A DNA stretch of 64,000 bases from Yuukianura sp. NJ FZ-2021 (GCA_046563655.1 CM102286.1:10168001-10232000); one strand, 5' to 3'. Positions 37,832 to 51,333 are shown, counted from the stretch's first letter. Made by a program: numbers and translations. Notes: generated from the letters alone by a model not told the origin.

Positions 37832-37912
37832 GGGGGCGAGTTGGCTCATTGGTTAAGCCATTAATGCTTTTCAATTGGCCGACCTGGGTTCGCACCCAGT
37901 CAGCGGGAGAAA
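37832..37912 (+). mobile_element. tRNA-derived SINE-like head
   Basis: A box TGGCTCATTGG; T-arm CTGGG-TTCGCA-CCCAG; extent of the body not determined. Confidence 0.45.
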
Positions 37913-38385
37913 AAAGGAGTCGAGGCCGTGGGTCCTCCCTGTCCCGAAGCAGGGAGGCAAGTGCTGGACTTCTCTTCTTTCCGGCGGCTGGTGCGTGGAC
38001 ACCCCCAGATAAAGGAGTATATTCGGGGTACCGCATCTGCAAGCACTGCCTGTTGTGGTTACGGAAGGAGCTGGCCATGAGTCAGAGGTGCCGTAATCAT
38101 CAGTATCGGCGGGTAAGAGCTTCGCAGATTGTGGTGGTTGCCGATTCCTACTGCTTGAACCAGTGGATTAAGCATAGATACACTTTCGATCTCATTTGTC
38201 TATCAATTACGGACGACCTCCGTAAAGGAATAGCATTGAAGATTACCGTAATGTGTATCTGCTCGTAAAAGACAAAAAATAACGCTGTTTCTAAAGGGGT
38301 TAGGCTGAAATATACCATAAGCGTATCCTCAGCGTGAGTCAGTCACCTAATTATAGGTGACTGCTCCCCCCAATAAAAATACATA

Positions 38386-39190
38386 TCGCTGGTTGGTTGA
38401 TGTCTTCCTTCCAGAATCGAGTGACGACGTTCTGCAGAACGACGGAGTCCAACGCCCATCCTTTGTGTGCCCGTGTGACCTCCTTTGTTCAAACAAACAT
38501 TTTGAAAAAAACTGTTTCAGAATTCTGAACACTTTTTTGAACAATTTTTTGAAAATTTTCTCTACCTGACGCATGGCGGTAAGGAATACTTGTGGATTGA
38601 AAAACCCAGTCATCCAGAAAACTGGTGGTTTTCCAAACGACAACCAACTGCGATAACTGGTTACACCGCTCCAGCAGTTCAGTAAACCAAAAGCCAATGG
38701 AACTCGAATCCCAGCAAATCTGAAAAGTCAAAATTTCAAAAACTAATTTCAAAACATTTTGAAAAAACGATTCCGAAATTTATGACTTACCTTCCTCCAA
38801 GTTGGTGGAACTTGTGCATTGTACATTGCGTCGAGTGACTCCCGTAGCACACTGCTCATGATAATTGTTCCGTCAATTGCCAATTTCAAATCACTCAAAG
38901 TTTGGCGCACTACTAACAAAACTTTGCCCATTCGATCCAACTCCTGTTTCAGAAAAATGTTCATCGGAAGCAGAGATCCTAGCTTGCTCAGCGCATCTTT
39001 CACCTAAAACAAACCTTTCAACTTAATTAACTACACAAGTTTAACTCAACAATTAATTGCACAGTAATTAACTACTTAAGTTAACTAAAACTTGATTACC
39101 TGAAAAGAGACGTAGGGAAGAGGCAACTTCCTGAACATTTCATCCGCCAGACGATACACAACGTCCTCTCGTGACTCTCCGCCTGCACTC
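38386..39190 (-). pseudogene. Axonemal dynein heavy chain (DNAH5/8-like) internal fragment, 4 exons
   Basis: [65 protein letters not shown]; frameshift near 38655; introns retained. Confidence 0.9.
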
Positions 39191-39224
39191 CCGCTCTGTT
39201 TCGGCTGAACTCCGAGAATCAGAT

Positions 39225-40913
39225 GCAGATGCATGGGGTAAATTCCCGGAAGGTCTTCTGTCTGGCCACATAGGCATGATGGGCGACTTTGAGGAGTGCA
39301 TGCTCATGCGCGGAAGTATTCAAGATCAAAGCGCTTCAGTTCCATTTGGAGGTCGCTATTGTCCAATGCATCTGGTCATGTCACAAGAACTTTTGGAAAA
39401 CATTAACACAAATTTTAGTTCCGAGGTTAGAAATCAAACTACTTTTAACTTTTATTTTCATTTCATTTTCAAAAAAAAAAAAGTCTTTTTTTAAATCAGT
39501 GCATGAAAATCAGAAATACTTTTTTTTTTCAAATATGTTTCTTTAGACGGATAAACTCCAGGTTTGTAAACAAGAAAATAGTTTTTTCTTCAACAGGTTA
39601 GGCAATAACTCAAGCGTTTTAAATGTTGTTTAAAAATTAACAAAACTTGGTTCACCGTGCCTTCCTATGGTAATGATTTATATGGAATCAAATGGGATTA
39701 GAGTAAAATCAGAGTAAAAAATTGTTTGGAGCGAATTTTTTCCTAAACAGCACTTATTGCCAAACCTCTTAAAGCATTTCGTTGCTATAGAAACCTTGGA
39801 TAAACTAATTTACTCGATTGGCGAAGAATTTAATTTTTTAATGACGCAACCAACTCTGGCAGTTTGTCTTCCGACAGCATGCACTCGAAACGATTTCAAC
39901 ATCTTGTTCAGTTCATTGACCTCGGTAACTCAAGGTTTGATGACCCCTATCACCTCTTACTGTCAAACAGATGATACACCAACACTTGACGGAGCAGTTA
40001 TTGCAATGATGTATGAACTTCAAAATTACAAAAGCCCGATAGGTGTATTGATATTTAAAAATTCGATTTTTCAGGGTATTGGTAGTAGCACTGATCTTGT
40101 GCATCACTTTAGTTGCAAGTGGTTTAGATCTTCTGCTGGATCAGAGTTCAAGGTCATCGTCAAAACTCTGGAAGGCGTTGATGTCATTTTCAGTGCCAAG
40201 AAATGTTCAAAGGTTGACTTCGATTAATACGTCGGAAGACTTGGGATGTCTCCATGGCCTGCGGTTTGGAAGTATGTCCTGGGTAGTGCTGATCCATACT
40301 TCGAGCATTATTTCTTACTGTGCAATCGGGAATTCTTTCAGAATGAATATAGTAAGTATTTTTAACTTTGAAAAAAATATTAGCATTTTAATTTGATGTT
40401 GACTTTTTTTTTGGATTGGTTACATGGATAGGATGGTCTTGCGCCACAGCAACTGCTCTGGCTGCAGTCTACGGACCTGTGCGGTTCTTTGACCATGACA
40501 TTCCGCTAGGAAAAGTCGAAACCGTACTCTACGGAGGACTGGCTCGATTTGCATGGGGAGCTGTAGTTGGGTGGATAATTTTTGCATGCTTATCCGATAA
40601 TGGCGGACCGATAAATGGGTTCCTGTCGGCGAAACCTTTCGTACCGCTCGGTAGAATAACGTTTTGTATGTATCTGGTTTCTTATGAACTTCAACAAATG
40701 TTTCATGCTCGCTACCCGCATCCACTGTCTTATGATGTCTATTTTTTGGTAAGTGATACATAAAGTATTTAAACATATTATAAAACTAAGGTTCTGACTA
40801 TTTTTTTATAGGTTAACTTGTTTTTGACGCTATCGATTCTCATCGGATTTTGGATAACAATTTTAATTGAAGCTTCATTCACCAGCTTAACTAAAACTAT
40901 TTTAGGAAACTAA
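39225..40913 (+). pseudogene. NRF-6-like duplicate, 5'-truncated and internally deleted
   Basis: Matches 18698-21052 but lacks about 19625-20548, carries an insertion at about 39560-39800 and a short deletion in the last exon. Confidence 0.88.
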
Positions 40914-40962
40914 AACTAACTAAAAATTAATTTTAACATAAATATGAATTTAGAAAGTTAAA

Positions 40963-42360
40963 TTAAAATGTGAGAAGGAGATTGATGAGTGTTCCAATTA
41001 CTATGTCTTGCATCACAATGGGATAGCTATTTTTGGCAACAGTTATATTTCCGATTTTCAAACGAATAACCGGAGCTGATCTGAGAACTGCTTTGTTCAG
41101 GCGAGAGTTTGCAAACTCCGCGAAAATTTCCCTGAACTTTATAGAATTTTCTGTGATATTGACATAGAATTGAAGGCAAAAATAGAGCGCCACTGAAGAA
41201 TTAATAACACATAACCCCATGAAGGAAATGGCGGCAATGCTCAACTGTCCCCAGAATCTAATGATGCAGAACAGAGCGGTTGAGACAACGTTAGCAATAA
41301 CGCATACGTTGAGCGGTCCAACCGTTTTCACAAAATTATCCATCAGTCTTGCAACAACTCGAAACGTTCTATCCAGCATTATTTCTTTACCACGCAATTG
41401 CTTTGAGGCCAACCTAGTATAAGAACAAGTTATTTAAAGTAAAAGCGTAAATAATATAAAATATACATAACTTACTTTTTGTTTACGAATGTTTGCCATT
41501 TCCCAAAGTTGTATAGGTTAAAAAGGAAGACGTTGGCCATGCAAAACATCGTTTGTGCAAAATCAATTGCGATGACGCATGATGCGAAAAGAGAAACTAA
41601 GAATCTACCGCCATAAATCAAATCACAAACTTCCTGGAACGGTTTCAAAAAAATATAATTTCGGTTGACCAGAAAGTCGAACATGGCAATCACGGTGAAA
41701 AAACCAAACGCATGGACTCCGCATGCACAGTAAAAATAGATGAACTCACTCAACCGGTTACGGAGGACTGGGCCACTTCCTAATTCGGCAGCTATGGATC
41801 AAAAAGTGTTTTAAAAAAGTGTTAAGCTTTTAAGAAAAAAAAAACTCGTAATGGCGGCGAATTAGGAAATACAGGGAATCGAATTACCGAAATTCCAAAT
41901 TACCCCTAGCCTATCATTGAGGAAGACACTTCGGTAAATGAACCATACTGTCTGACCGTTCCAAATTTGTCAACCTACACTACGTTTCCTTCTTACCAAA
42001 TGTTTTATCCATTAAGTTCATGCCATTGATGTAATTAACAATAGTAGGTTGTGGAAACGCTAAGATGTATGGAGAAAAATATATGCCAGAGAGAAGTATC
42101 CCTTGGAGGTATAGAAATATTTCTTTCCCAGTCGTGATTGGATCAAAAATTTTGTAGGCGCAAAAAACAATTACAAGAATCTTGATGCCAACTAAAATTG
42201 CATACAATGGTCTCCACAATTCGAATTGTCGTTTACAGATTCTACTTGAAGCAATTCTATAACAATTTCCACTTGAGTCCCATTCAGCCACGGATAAATG
42301 AAAAAAGTTCCAGAATTCAAAAAAGAATCGCTGGATTTTTAAAATTGATGGAGTGATCAT
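40963..42360 (-). CDS. 7TM chemoreceptor-like protein (gustatory receptor superfamily), 3 exons, about 380 aa
   Basis: Exons of about 42360-41994, 41792-41477 and 41416-40963 splice in frame; many TM segments; C-terminal ...IVIGTLINLLLTF. Confidence 0.72.
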
Positions 42361-42692
42361 TGTTTCGCTTACTGATGAAGAGAAATCTCCAAATAAAGAA
42401 TAGGAGTGATGAAATACTTTACAAAGTTCTAAAGGTTATATTTCTTTCTGAGGCAATTTCACATTCATATACCTATTGATTTTTGCGCAATTTGTGTTTC
42501 TTTTTTGAATTTCGTTGTTCTTTTTAGAATAAATTCGATGATACTGCTTTATGTCACAATTTAAAGTCTAAATTATTCCAAACCGGATACTTATGGTACG
42601 TGACTCGCGATATGCATCCTTTTTTTTTTTCAAATTCAGTCTTTAATTTAAGAGTGCCATTTCATAATATGTCGGTTTGACTATATTTATGA

Positions 42693-43351
42693 TAGAGTTT
42701 CATGACTCCGACTCTTTGGCAAAGAGCCGAGTCGGAGTCGGAGTCGAACTGACTCCCGACTCTCATTTTTGCAAGGAGTCAGAGCCCGTGCCGATGCATG
42801 ACTCGACTCTTTATCAAAGAGTCGAGTCAGAGTCAGAGCCGAGTCGGGAGTCGCGACTCCGGGAGTCATCCGTTTAAAATGTAATTTTCTATCAACTCAT
42901 TAAAGAGTAAGTCAGCTTATTACATCAATACGCTAAGTAGATTAAGCTTTATAATAGTTTAATGTGCATACATACATCGATGTATTCAGAATCCACTAAC
43001 TGAACCGCATTTGTTTCAGAATCCATTGTTTTTACCAGTTATCAGTCAGCAAAGTGCTGTTGCAGGAAGGCAGAGTGTAGAGTTCTTTTGTTTTAACATT
43101 GTTATTTTTAGAATTCAATAACTTCATGCCCAATCTCACGCTTAATTGCACATGTGCGACTCCCGGCTCCTTGAAGCATTAAAGAGTCAGAGTCAGATTC
43201 AGAGTCGGACTGACTCCCGGCTCTCATTTTCGCAGGGAGTCAGAGCCCGTGCCGACGCTCCGACTCGACTCTTCATCAAAGAGTCGAGTCGGAGTCGAGT
43301 CGGGAGTCACGACTCCGGAGTCGTCAGGGAGTCGAGAGCCGTGAAACTCTA
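42693..43351. mobile_element. hAT MITE with GAGTC/GACTC subterminal repeats
   Basis: TAGAGTTTCA...TGAAACTCTA; 8-bp TSD ATTTATGA on both sides. Confidence 0.9.
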
Positions 43352-44648
43352 ATTTATGACAACCCATTTTAAGTGGTATTCAATTTGGAGTAAAGTAAAG
43401 AATACGAACATTCTATGTACACTACCAAATAATGCTTATGATTGTTGGGATATTGTGTTGTTATGCGTATTGCCTACAAAAACACAATTACGCTACCAAA
43501 TAATGCTTCGTAATTCTCTTTGCTCTATTCTACGAAACTGAACTGGCCAAAATTAGACCTTTGCAGAATTTGCTGTAACTTTTACATAAAATTGAAAATA
43601 AATAAATTTTCTACTTACTTTACAAAATTGAACACATTACCGTAAGGGAAATCCTTATTTTGGAAAATTTTCTTTAGGTACGCAAGTAGTCAAACATGTA
43701 GTAGAAAAGATAAATTATGAGCATTTTGATTGGTCACTGTATGGTGTTTGCTCGTCATGTCCTTTTTCTTCAATCCAGAAGGTTATACGGAGGTTAGTGG
43801 TGAAGGTTAGCCACAGCAGAACGTTTTTACATCCACATTAGTGCAATCAGCGGGAGTTTTTAAAATACTTTTCATAGCAGTTGGACACTGCGGAGAATCA
43901 GTAGCACACCCAGTGTGGCAGCAGTAAGCAATACGATCTACAAAATAAATCAACCTACAAAGTTACGACGAACTCTTTAATATATTACAAAAACACCATA
44001 ATCTATACTAGCATTAATGAATAATAAGGTGCAATATAATAACCTACAGTTTATTAGTATTGAAAGGTGCAAAGGCAGAAGTCAATGCAATGATGTGATG
44101 ACAATCAAAATGATGACGAGGCAGAGCAGATTTTGAATCCCGTCTTCTTCTATTTCGTTAGAAAAGTTGAAACAATGAATTTGTAACAATTCAAACCAGT
44201 TTGTTTTTTCTAAACAGAATTATTTGAAGTTTGAAAAAATTGAAACACGTTAATTCTTCGTGAAAGTCGAAAACAAAGTAGGGTGTGTAGACAAGCAAAC
44301 CTCATTCTTGTCTATTCACTTATTCTCGTACTTCCTGAAAGCTTCAGTGTGTTGGGCGACTCGAAAAACACTTTTGGATAAGAATTTTTCGAACAAAATT
44401 TTCACATTCCAAAGACTCTTGTTGAGCAGTGGTTTCCATATATTAACGATCTTCACTAGTTTCAACAAAGTTTGAGAATTTATCCTAACTTTTTGGAGTA
44501 GAATTTAGAATCACAAAAATTACAGTAGGTACGCAAGCTTTTGTTGTGTTTGAGGAAAAAATTGTTGTAACAAAGCTTTCTATTTTTATACGCCTCTTTT
44601 CCGCGAGGGTGACGTTTAGTTATATACGTTTCTCAGTGCAAAAAACGG

Positions 44649-45180
44649 TCAAAGGTCAACAGTATGAGATTGCATGGCCGTTGGACCACAAGGTAGCAAC
44701 TCCTTATCACTGCCGCAGTCCGAGTCACTGCGCATGACAGGTGGTGGGAGTCCTTGAAAAAATGTTAAGGTGACCAAACCGCGGCGTTTTCTTCGTTTCA
44801 TTTTGATCAAAATGAAGATTCCCGCCAAAATACTCAGCAATACTACCACGCCAATGACCAACAGCAACCACGGCGTTGGAAGTGTTTCGAAGTCGCGAGC
44901 AACATTTACCACCTCTTTCACTAAGTCACTCTTTGGTTTAAACTGATCTAGAATTGATGCGGAGGAATTCGGCGAAATGATGGAATCATTCAAGGCAGTC
45001 ACTGAAGTTGCGTTCAGAACTGTGCCGGCAACAGAGTCCGTGGAATCATCTTTCCATATCATTTTTCGCGTCAAATCTCCGTTTTTCCAGTAGTAGTTTT
45101 CCAAGTCATAGGGTTTGTCTTTAAGTATTGTTCGATTGACGTGGCGTACCCTGCTCAAACAAACCCAGCTTTGTTCAGAT
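44649..45180 (-). CDS. Exon encoding a single-pass membrane protein of unknown function (possibly a pseudogene)
   Basis: Ser/Thr-rich stalk, TM WLLLVIGVVVLLSILAGIFILI, then KMKRRKRR; upstream structure unclear. Confidence 0.45.
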
Positions 45181-46572
45181 TTTTGGATATACTAAATCGT
45201 TAACTGAAAAATGGAGAATTTCAATAAATTTTGATTTTGCATGTTGAGCTTACATTTCTGACCACAACATGGTGTTTTCTCCAAAGTCGAACCAACTCCA
45301 CAGGTTTGCAGAACTTTTCAACGTGTTGCGCAACTTGAAAACCACTTTTCAAAGATGCTGTTCGTCAATTAAATGAGAGGAAACGGTTTTACGAAACGCA
45401 GAACTTGAAATGGTTAGGTATAAATTAATGGTTAGCATACATTATGCCACTTGTAATTATAATTTTTGTTTACAATCGCAAAATTATAAAGTCGTCGAAC
45501 TTTAAATTTGCGTTGATTTTATATCTGCAATCATTTAGATTGGTGACTAATTATGAGATTTTTTCCCTCGTTTTTTTTTTGGTTACAAGTTGAAAATACA
45601 CATTCTAAAATCTATTTTTCTGGTAGGGAAATCGTTAAATCTAAATCTGTGCTGTTAGCCAATATCGAAACCAAGATATTGGCAGGAGTCCTGGTCCGTA
45701 CTGGCCAATAATTACTTTGAACTAAAATGTGTCTCAAATAAAACTAATTTACAAAAGCGACAGCATTGACTAACGATTAATCATGACACTGCGGAGGCGA
45801 TCATTTTAAGAATTTGAGCTTTTATTGTTGGTTATGACTGCGACACATGCGGACTGAAGTGGATCAGTTAAGGTAGTATACAAAATCTATTTAGATAATA
45901 ATTTTAATTTACTCTAAATTGCGCTTATCTAGCAGGAATTCGGTTGCGTCAATAGCCGAAATTTAAGTGTCTGTTGTTATTATGAATTTGTGTTTTTTTG
46001 TGAGGCTAGGCTCGCCATACCGTTATGGGTAGAGTTCAAATAGAAGCATAACAACGTACGTTTTTCTTTGAACTGATAGAGTTTTGCGCCATATCACATA
46101 TACTACTATAATCACTCACATATTCAAAAATATAATTCACGACCAAATTGTTAAACCGTAACGAAGAATGGGATAAGGTCTCTAAATGGAAAGTCTGAAA
46201 TCAAAATATAAAAGCAATTCTTATTAGTGCTTTTTTTGCTTTCAAACACTTAAGGTTTTATGTTGACTTACTAAAAAAACTGACTAAAATTCAATAAATC
46301 ATAAAATTCAATAAAAACGATCCTTCAAAGATTGCAAATAAATAAATTAAATTATCTTGTTAAACTAATGAATTACATCTTTCGTAGAGTAAATTTTGTA
46401 AAAACACTTATAATTGAAAGGATAATTTTGATTTTTTTTTGAATTCGATTACTATTCGACGAATGGTTAGTTTATGTTTCGGCAATAATTCTAATTAACT
46501 CTAATGTCAATCCAACTTCCGCTACTTAAGTATATCCACTATACCACCCGTTGATGAAGCCTAATTCATATT

Positions 46573-49185
46573 TCACATCCCATTCCGTTTAACATTGAAA
46601 TCTAGCTTAAATTTGATTTTCATTTTAAAGCCCGTTATTGACTTCAATTTACACTTATTCAATATATTCCTTCCAAAAACTTCAATCAAAGCTGAAATAT
46701 TTGAAACGACATGAAACACAATTAGAATGCAACACATCTTTCGCATGAAAGCATTAACACCGGATGGTCGCTTGATGCTTTGCGGCTTCTTTTCTTCACG
46801 AATCAAAATATTTCCTGGTTCAGATGGATGAAACTTAGACATCCATTTTGCCCAAATGTGGTAGATGCCATGCGCCATCAAGTCCAATATCCCCTTGTAA
46901 ATGATCTCCTTCCCGGGATCACGTTGCTCAATGACGAAACCATCCCATTCCTTCAATATTTTTTTACTTCCTTTTAAAAGGCCTGGTCCCTTATTCATGT
47001 CTTTGCTAACAGAAATAACAGCTTCCAGTGCTTCTTCTGTATCAATGTATCCAATTCCACTACAGTTCTGTATTTCTATCGCCACTTTCTTATAGAACTC
47101 TTCCAGTGGCTCAAATTTCTGAAACGGTAAGTTTGTAAATATTACCCTCGAAAACGGTAAAGGTGAGGATGCATAACTTTTCGTTTCTAAACTGTTGTTT
47201 TGCTCAACGGCACCTATATAATCGCATTGAAAGAATCCAGCATTTCTCGGCAGCACACCAAAATTTTTGTAGTAGCTGATTGCATTTTCAACATTATTTC
47301 TCCCTGGTCTTATGTTGCAAACTGGAGGTTTTAACGACACGTGAATTTGTAAATTCAAGGACTTAACTATTTCAACTACCTTGTCACAATTTGCCGCCAA
47401 TGAATTATCAATTTGTTGGCTTTTTGCAAGTCTGGAGCATAACCGAGGAACTATTTCAGTGACATCCGGGTAACAAAGACAGGGTTTGATAAGGCTAATA
47501 TCTAAATATGTGAACGCGAAATTTCGTTCATTCTGTGTTTCTGATTTCAACCTCAGAATGTTATCCTCCCAACCGTCCGGAATGAAAAACGTCCGCTCTT
47601 CGTCTTCAAAAGCTTCATCTATACGTGTTTTAGTCATGAAATTTTCCATACATGTAGTCCCGGATGTCACCACAGCTTTGTACACACTTAGTAGAAGTGT
47701 TATTACTAAGGTCCAAAGTCCCAGAATTCGTAGCGCAGTACTAAAATTATTAAGGACTTTCTTGAGTGAGTGCAGTGGGTGAGCATTTGCTTCAAAAAAC
47801 AGCGCAAAGTTGTAAAAAGCTGAAATGAAGATGGAATTGAAGGATGCCCGCCAGTCGCCTTCGAAATGCTTGTAAGAAACGACTAATACTGCGATAGGTA
47901 CCAAAATAAAGACAAAACTGATAATGATTGACCAAGCAACGGCACTGAAAGGCTTGAAATAAATTTTGATGATTAAATTCTGCTCCAAGTCGTTACATGT
48001 TATAAAATTAAAATAATTTTCCCGCGTCGGAATGAATCTGTAAAAGTCCGGATTAGGAGATTTGATGTTTCTAAAGTCTTGTATTTTTCCCGTAAACTCC
48101 TGTTGACTTAGCATAAATTCTAGTACAGATGTGGCGTTTGAAAAGTCAATGCAGGGGGTAATTGAAGTGGTACAATCGAAAGGATCTGGGAGTACTCTAA
48201 TGTCAAATAAAGTCAGAGACAAGTAAGTCATTACGAGCTCTGGAGTCCATCTAACTGCTTCTTTATACCCGAAAGGTGGCAACGGTTTAAATGGATTGTT
48301 TAATAAACCATTTAGTAACTCACCGATATTTATAAAACTGGAGTTAATCAGTGTCCTCCAATGGTAAAAATGCGAGAGATGAGTCTCGACATTTGTGCAA
48401 CCCAACGCAAATTTTCCGCCATACAAAATATTGTCCAAACTATCTTCTGCCGTTTTACGACAATTTTCATAACCACCATGGACACAGCTTGTAATACGAT
48501 TTAAATACAATACGTGTGGTATATCCTGTTTTCCAGTAGTAGTTAATGCCTCCAAACTCCAAAACCATTGGCGCCAATCAGGAACGACATAAAATACAAC
48601 AACAGATAAAACGTCGGACATGTAGTACTCAATCCCTAAGCTGTCGCTATCAAGTTTTATTTGATTTCCGTAAACTATCAAGTACTCGTGAATATCTTGT
48701 TTATAAATACGGATCAACTGCGTGCTTGCCATCATATTTTCATCTTGATGTTCAAAAATATTGATATATATTTTTGCACTTCGATGTACAAATTTTTTTG
48801 CGACTTCAGTTACACTGTCAGAGAAGACACGGAAGCTTTGAAATTTAAGTGCAGGAAACAAAAAGAAATAACAAAAACAGAAATTTCTTTTGCGCAACTT
48901 CGGAGAAGTGATAAGGGATACGTTGTCGTTAATTAGTTTGACTGGTACCGCCAAACGGTCCTGTAAATCTAGCGGTCTGTAAAAATTAACAATTGATACT
49001 TCACAATCCGGATACTCATTCACCAAATGGTCCAACATTTCTATTCGATACGACACAAGAGATTCTGAACTAACTACTCTCAGAACACACAACAGACACG
49101 CGAAGACGCAGTAGAGCCAACACATTTCGGTAGCGGTTTCAGTATTTATCAGTACTCGTGTCTTACAGCGGTATAGAATGAACAA
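46573..49185 (-). CDS. Intronless divergent ionotropic receptor (IR)-like protein
   Basis: 870-aa ORF; signal peptide from the internal MCWLYCVF; FITC..., FKPFS..AW (pre-M1/M1), M3 W...LLSVYKAVVTS, S2 end L.AHGIY..W, M4. Confidence 0.78.
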   Translation of the reverse strand: MFILYRCKTRVLINTETATEMCWLYCVFACLLCVLRVVSSESLVSYRIEMLDHLVNEYPDCEVSIVNFYRPLDLQDRLAVPVKLINDNVSLITSPKLRKRNFCFCYFFLFPALKFQSFRVFSDSVTEVAKKFVHRSAKIYINIFEHQDENMMASTQLIRIYKQDIHEYLIVYGNQIKLDSDSLGIEYYMSDVLSVVVFYVVPDWRQWFWSLEALTTTGKQDIPHVLYLNRITSCVHGGYENCRKTAEDSLDNILYGGKFALGCTNVETHLSHFYHWRTLINSSFINIGELLNGLLNNPFKPLPPFGYKEAVRWTPELVMTYLSLTLFDIRVLPDPFDCTTSITPCIDFSNATSVLEFMLSQQEFTGKIQDFRNIKSPNPDFYRFIPTRENYFNFITCNDLEQNLIIKIYFKPFSAVAWSIIISFVFILVPIAVLVVSYKHFEGDWRASFNSIFISAFYNFALFFEANAHPLHSLKKVLNNFSTALRILGLWTLVITLLLSVYKAVVTSGTTCMENFMTKTRIDEAFEDEERTFFIPDGWEDNILRLKSETQNERNFAFTYLDISLIKPCLCYPDVTEIVPRLCSRLAKSQQIDNSLAANCDKVVEIVKSLNLQIHVSLKPPVCNIRPGRNNVENAISYYKNFGVLPRNAGFFQCDYIGAVEQNNSLETKSYASSPLPFSRVIFTNLPFQKFEPLEEFYKKVAIEIQNCSGIGYIDTEEALEAVISVSKDMNKGPGLLKGSKKILKEWDGFVIEQRDPGKEIIYKGILDLMAHGIYHIWAKWMSKFHPSEPGNILIREEKKPQSIKRPSGVNAFMRKMCCILIVFHVVSNISALIEVFGRNILNKCKLKSITGFKMKIKFKLDFNVKRNGM

Positions 49186-50356
49186 AGTTTAACAGGTCTG
49201 AGAATTTCTGTGTTAGAAGCTCATCCAACTTATAGTAATAGTAGGTTAGAATTCGTATTGAACATTGACGTGTAGTAGACCAAAAACCATATTCAACTTC
49301 GTGTCGAACTGCTTCGCATTACTAAATTTATGATTTTAGAAATATTAAACATCAAGTATCGTCACGGACTCAAATATTGTTTACCTTGCTCCCGCCCCGA
49401 CCCTGACCCCATATCAACCACACGAAAGGCAAAACTTATATTTTTTATCCTTCACCCTTCTCAAAAACGTACTAGAATTATAAATCATTTATTATATTCT
49501 TACATTAGTAATTATTCGTATTTGCGCCGTAAGACTCTTGGATGATCATCTCAATATTGTTCGATAACCTAAGCCGAAAAACGTATGCTTTACCATGATG
49601 TGCTTGAATTTTTTGATATGATGGGACGTACGTGAAACAGCTTGTCCTGGCTTACTTTCTTCGGTGTTGTACGATCAACTTTCAAACGGGTCAACGTCAT
49701 GTTATCTGTTGCAACTTGCTACTAAAAAACGTAACGTTTTGCGGGAAACAGATGCAACGCATTGACGACGAATTATTAATCGAATATAATAGTTGCATAA
49801 ATATTGTACAATGACTTAAAACATTAGGTTACGTATCAATTTGAAACATCAGCTTCATCATCATCATGCTTGATAGTACCAAGAAGCACTAAAGTTTATG
49901 TTAAATTCACCTAACTTTGCACCGAAAACTTAGGATGTAAAGATAACATATAGAAAACCGATCTAGGGTAGCATGTTGATGGTTTTTGTACGTGAGTGGT
50001 AAAAGTGGTTCCATTTCAAAATCATCCTTACTTATACTCTGCAACCAACAAAAATAGCGCAAATTGTATACATCACTACACACAGCTTTTAGGAACCACT
50101 TTGGTTCGCCAAAAGTATTGAAAACTGAAAGATAGAATAACAATGAAAGTTTGACCTTTGTACCTTCCTGTCGCATCTGTTGTTTGGATAATGAGCACAA
50201 CTTCATCAAATCAATTTTTGAGTTCAGCAGTATCAGAATCTAATCACATCACACAACAAATCTCATCAGAATTTACACCGCAGCATGCGCATTCTCCTGG
50301 CACTTATTTTTAGTTTTAGTTTCGCAATTTAAGTTAACTAGTGGATCCGTTTGATA

Positions 50357-51333
50357 ATGAGTCCATGGTATTTCCTTTTCTTCTGCAGTTTGGCTGCGAG
50401 CAGTTCCACTTGGGACACATCCATACCTGGATTCGGTAATTTCTATCTCGTACCAAGCTCTTGACTTCTGTCCTATGTTCTCAAATTCTAAAAACTACTT
50501 CAGACAAATCTTTGAAAAAGTTCCTTGAAAAGAAATTTACAAAATTTCTACTTTTTGTAGAAGTCGAAGGACAATGGTGGATATTCGAAAGTCAATTGGA
50601 CAAAGAGGAGCGTGAAAACGATTTCAAAGAATTGGTTGAAAATTTGCGAGTCGTTCTTCTTATTCCGTCTGGCGCCCTTGATGTTGAACACTCTCGGTTC
50701 ATTGAGTGGAGGAGCTTAATGCTCGCCAGAGAGGTCAGTGGATCTGAACTAAATAACAGAATTACTAGTATTAAATACGAAATCAATTTAAGTAATTACA
50801 AAAAAAAAATTAAACTGTCGTGAATTGCAGTATCTTCACCGTAGTACAGACGTCCAAGTAATTAGTGATAAGATTCAACGCTTCGAACAATTCCTGTCTT
50901 CCGGAATAAATATGATTGCCATTTTAGAAAGCTATGAAGATGATGTTATTTTTAAATCTTTCCTAACTATTATGATGAAGACGCGAGAAATTATGCTGGA
51001 AATTGAAAAGGTTGGTCATGAACACATTTACTTTAAATTGGTCAATACTTTCGATTAAAAGAACAAGTATTTCTTGAATTACTAGTATCACGTGCAGTAT
51101 CAGACAGAAGAGTCACGACAAACAATGCTGTCCAAGGAATGCCACAAAATTTTAGATTCACTAAACAACAGCCAGAGGCATAAAGATAATACGGGTTTTC
51201 AAGAGCTCGTTCGGGAAGTTCTAATGTGGAAAGCCAACGTAAGCAATGCCTATGATTTTGTGGAAATAATATTTTTCATTGTAAATGTTTATATAACACG
51301 CCGTTAGACCAAAAAAATAGTCAAGCGGAAATA
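50357..51333 (+). CDS. Small secreted helical protein, multi-exon, unknown function
   Basis: MSPWYFLFFCSLAASS followed by a GT donor and successive short exon-like ORFs. Confidence 0.5.

Noticed and set aside
37335..38268. Several ORFs of 60-174 aa
   Set aside because: Lie in GC-richer repeat-like sequence with no protein motifs
42677..43352. Ser/Arg/Glu-rich ORFs
   Set aside because: Translations of the GAGTC repeats of the hAT MITE
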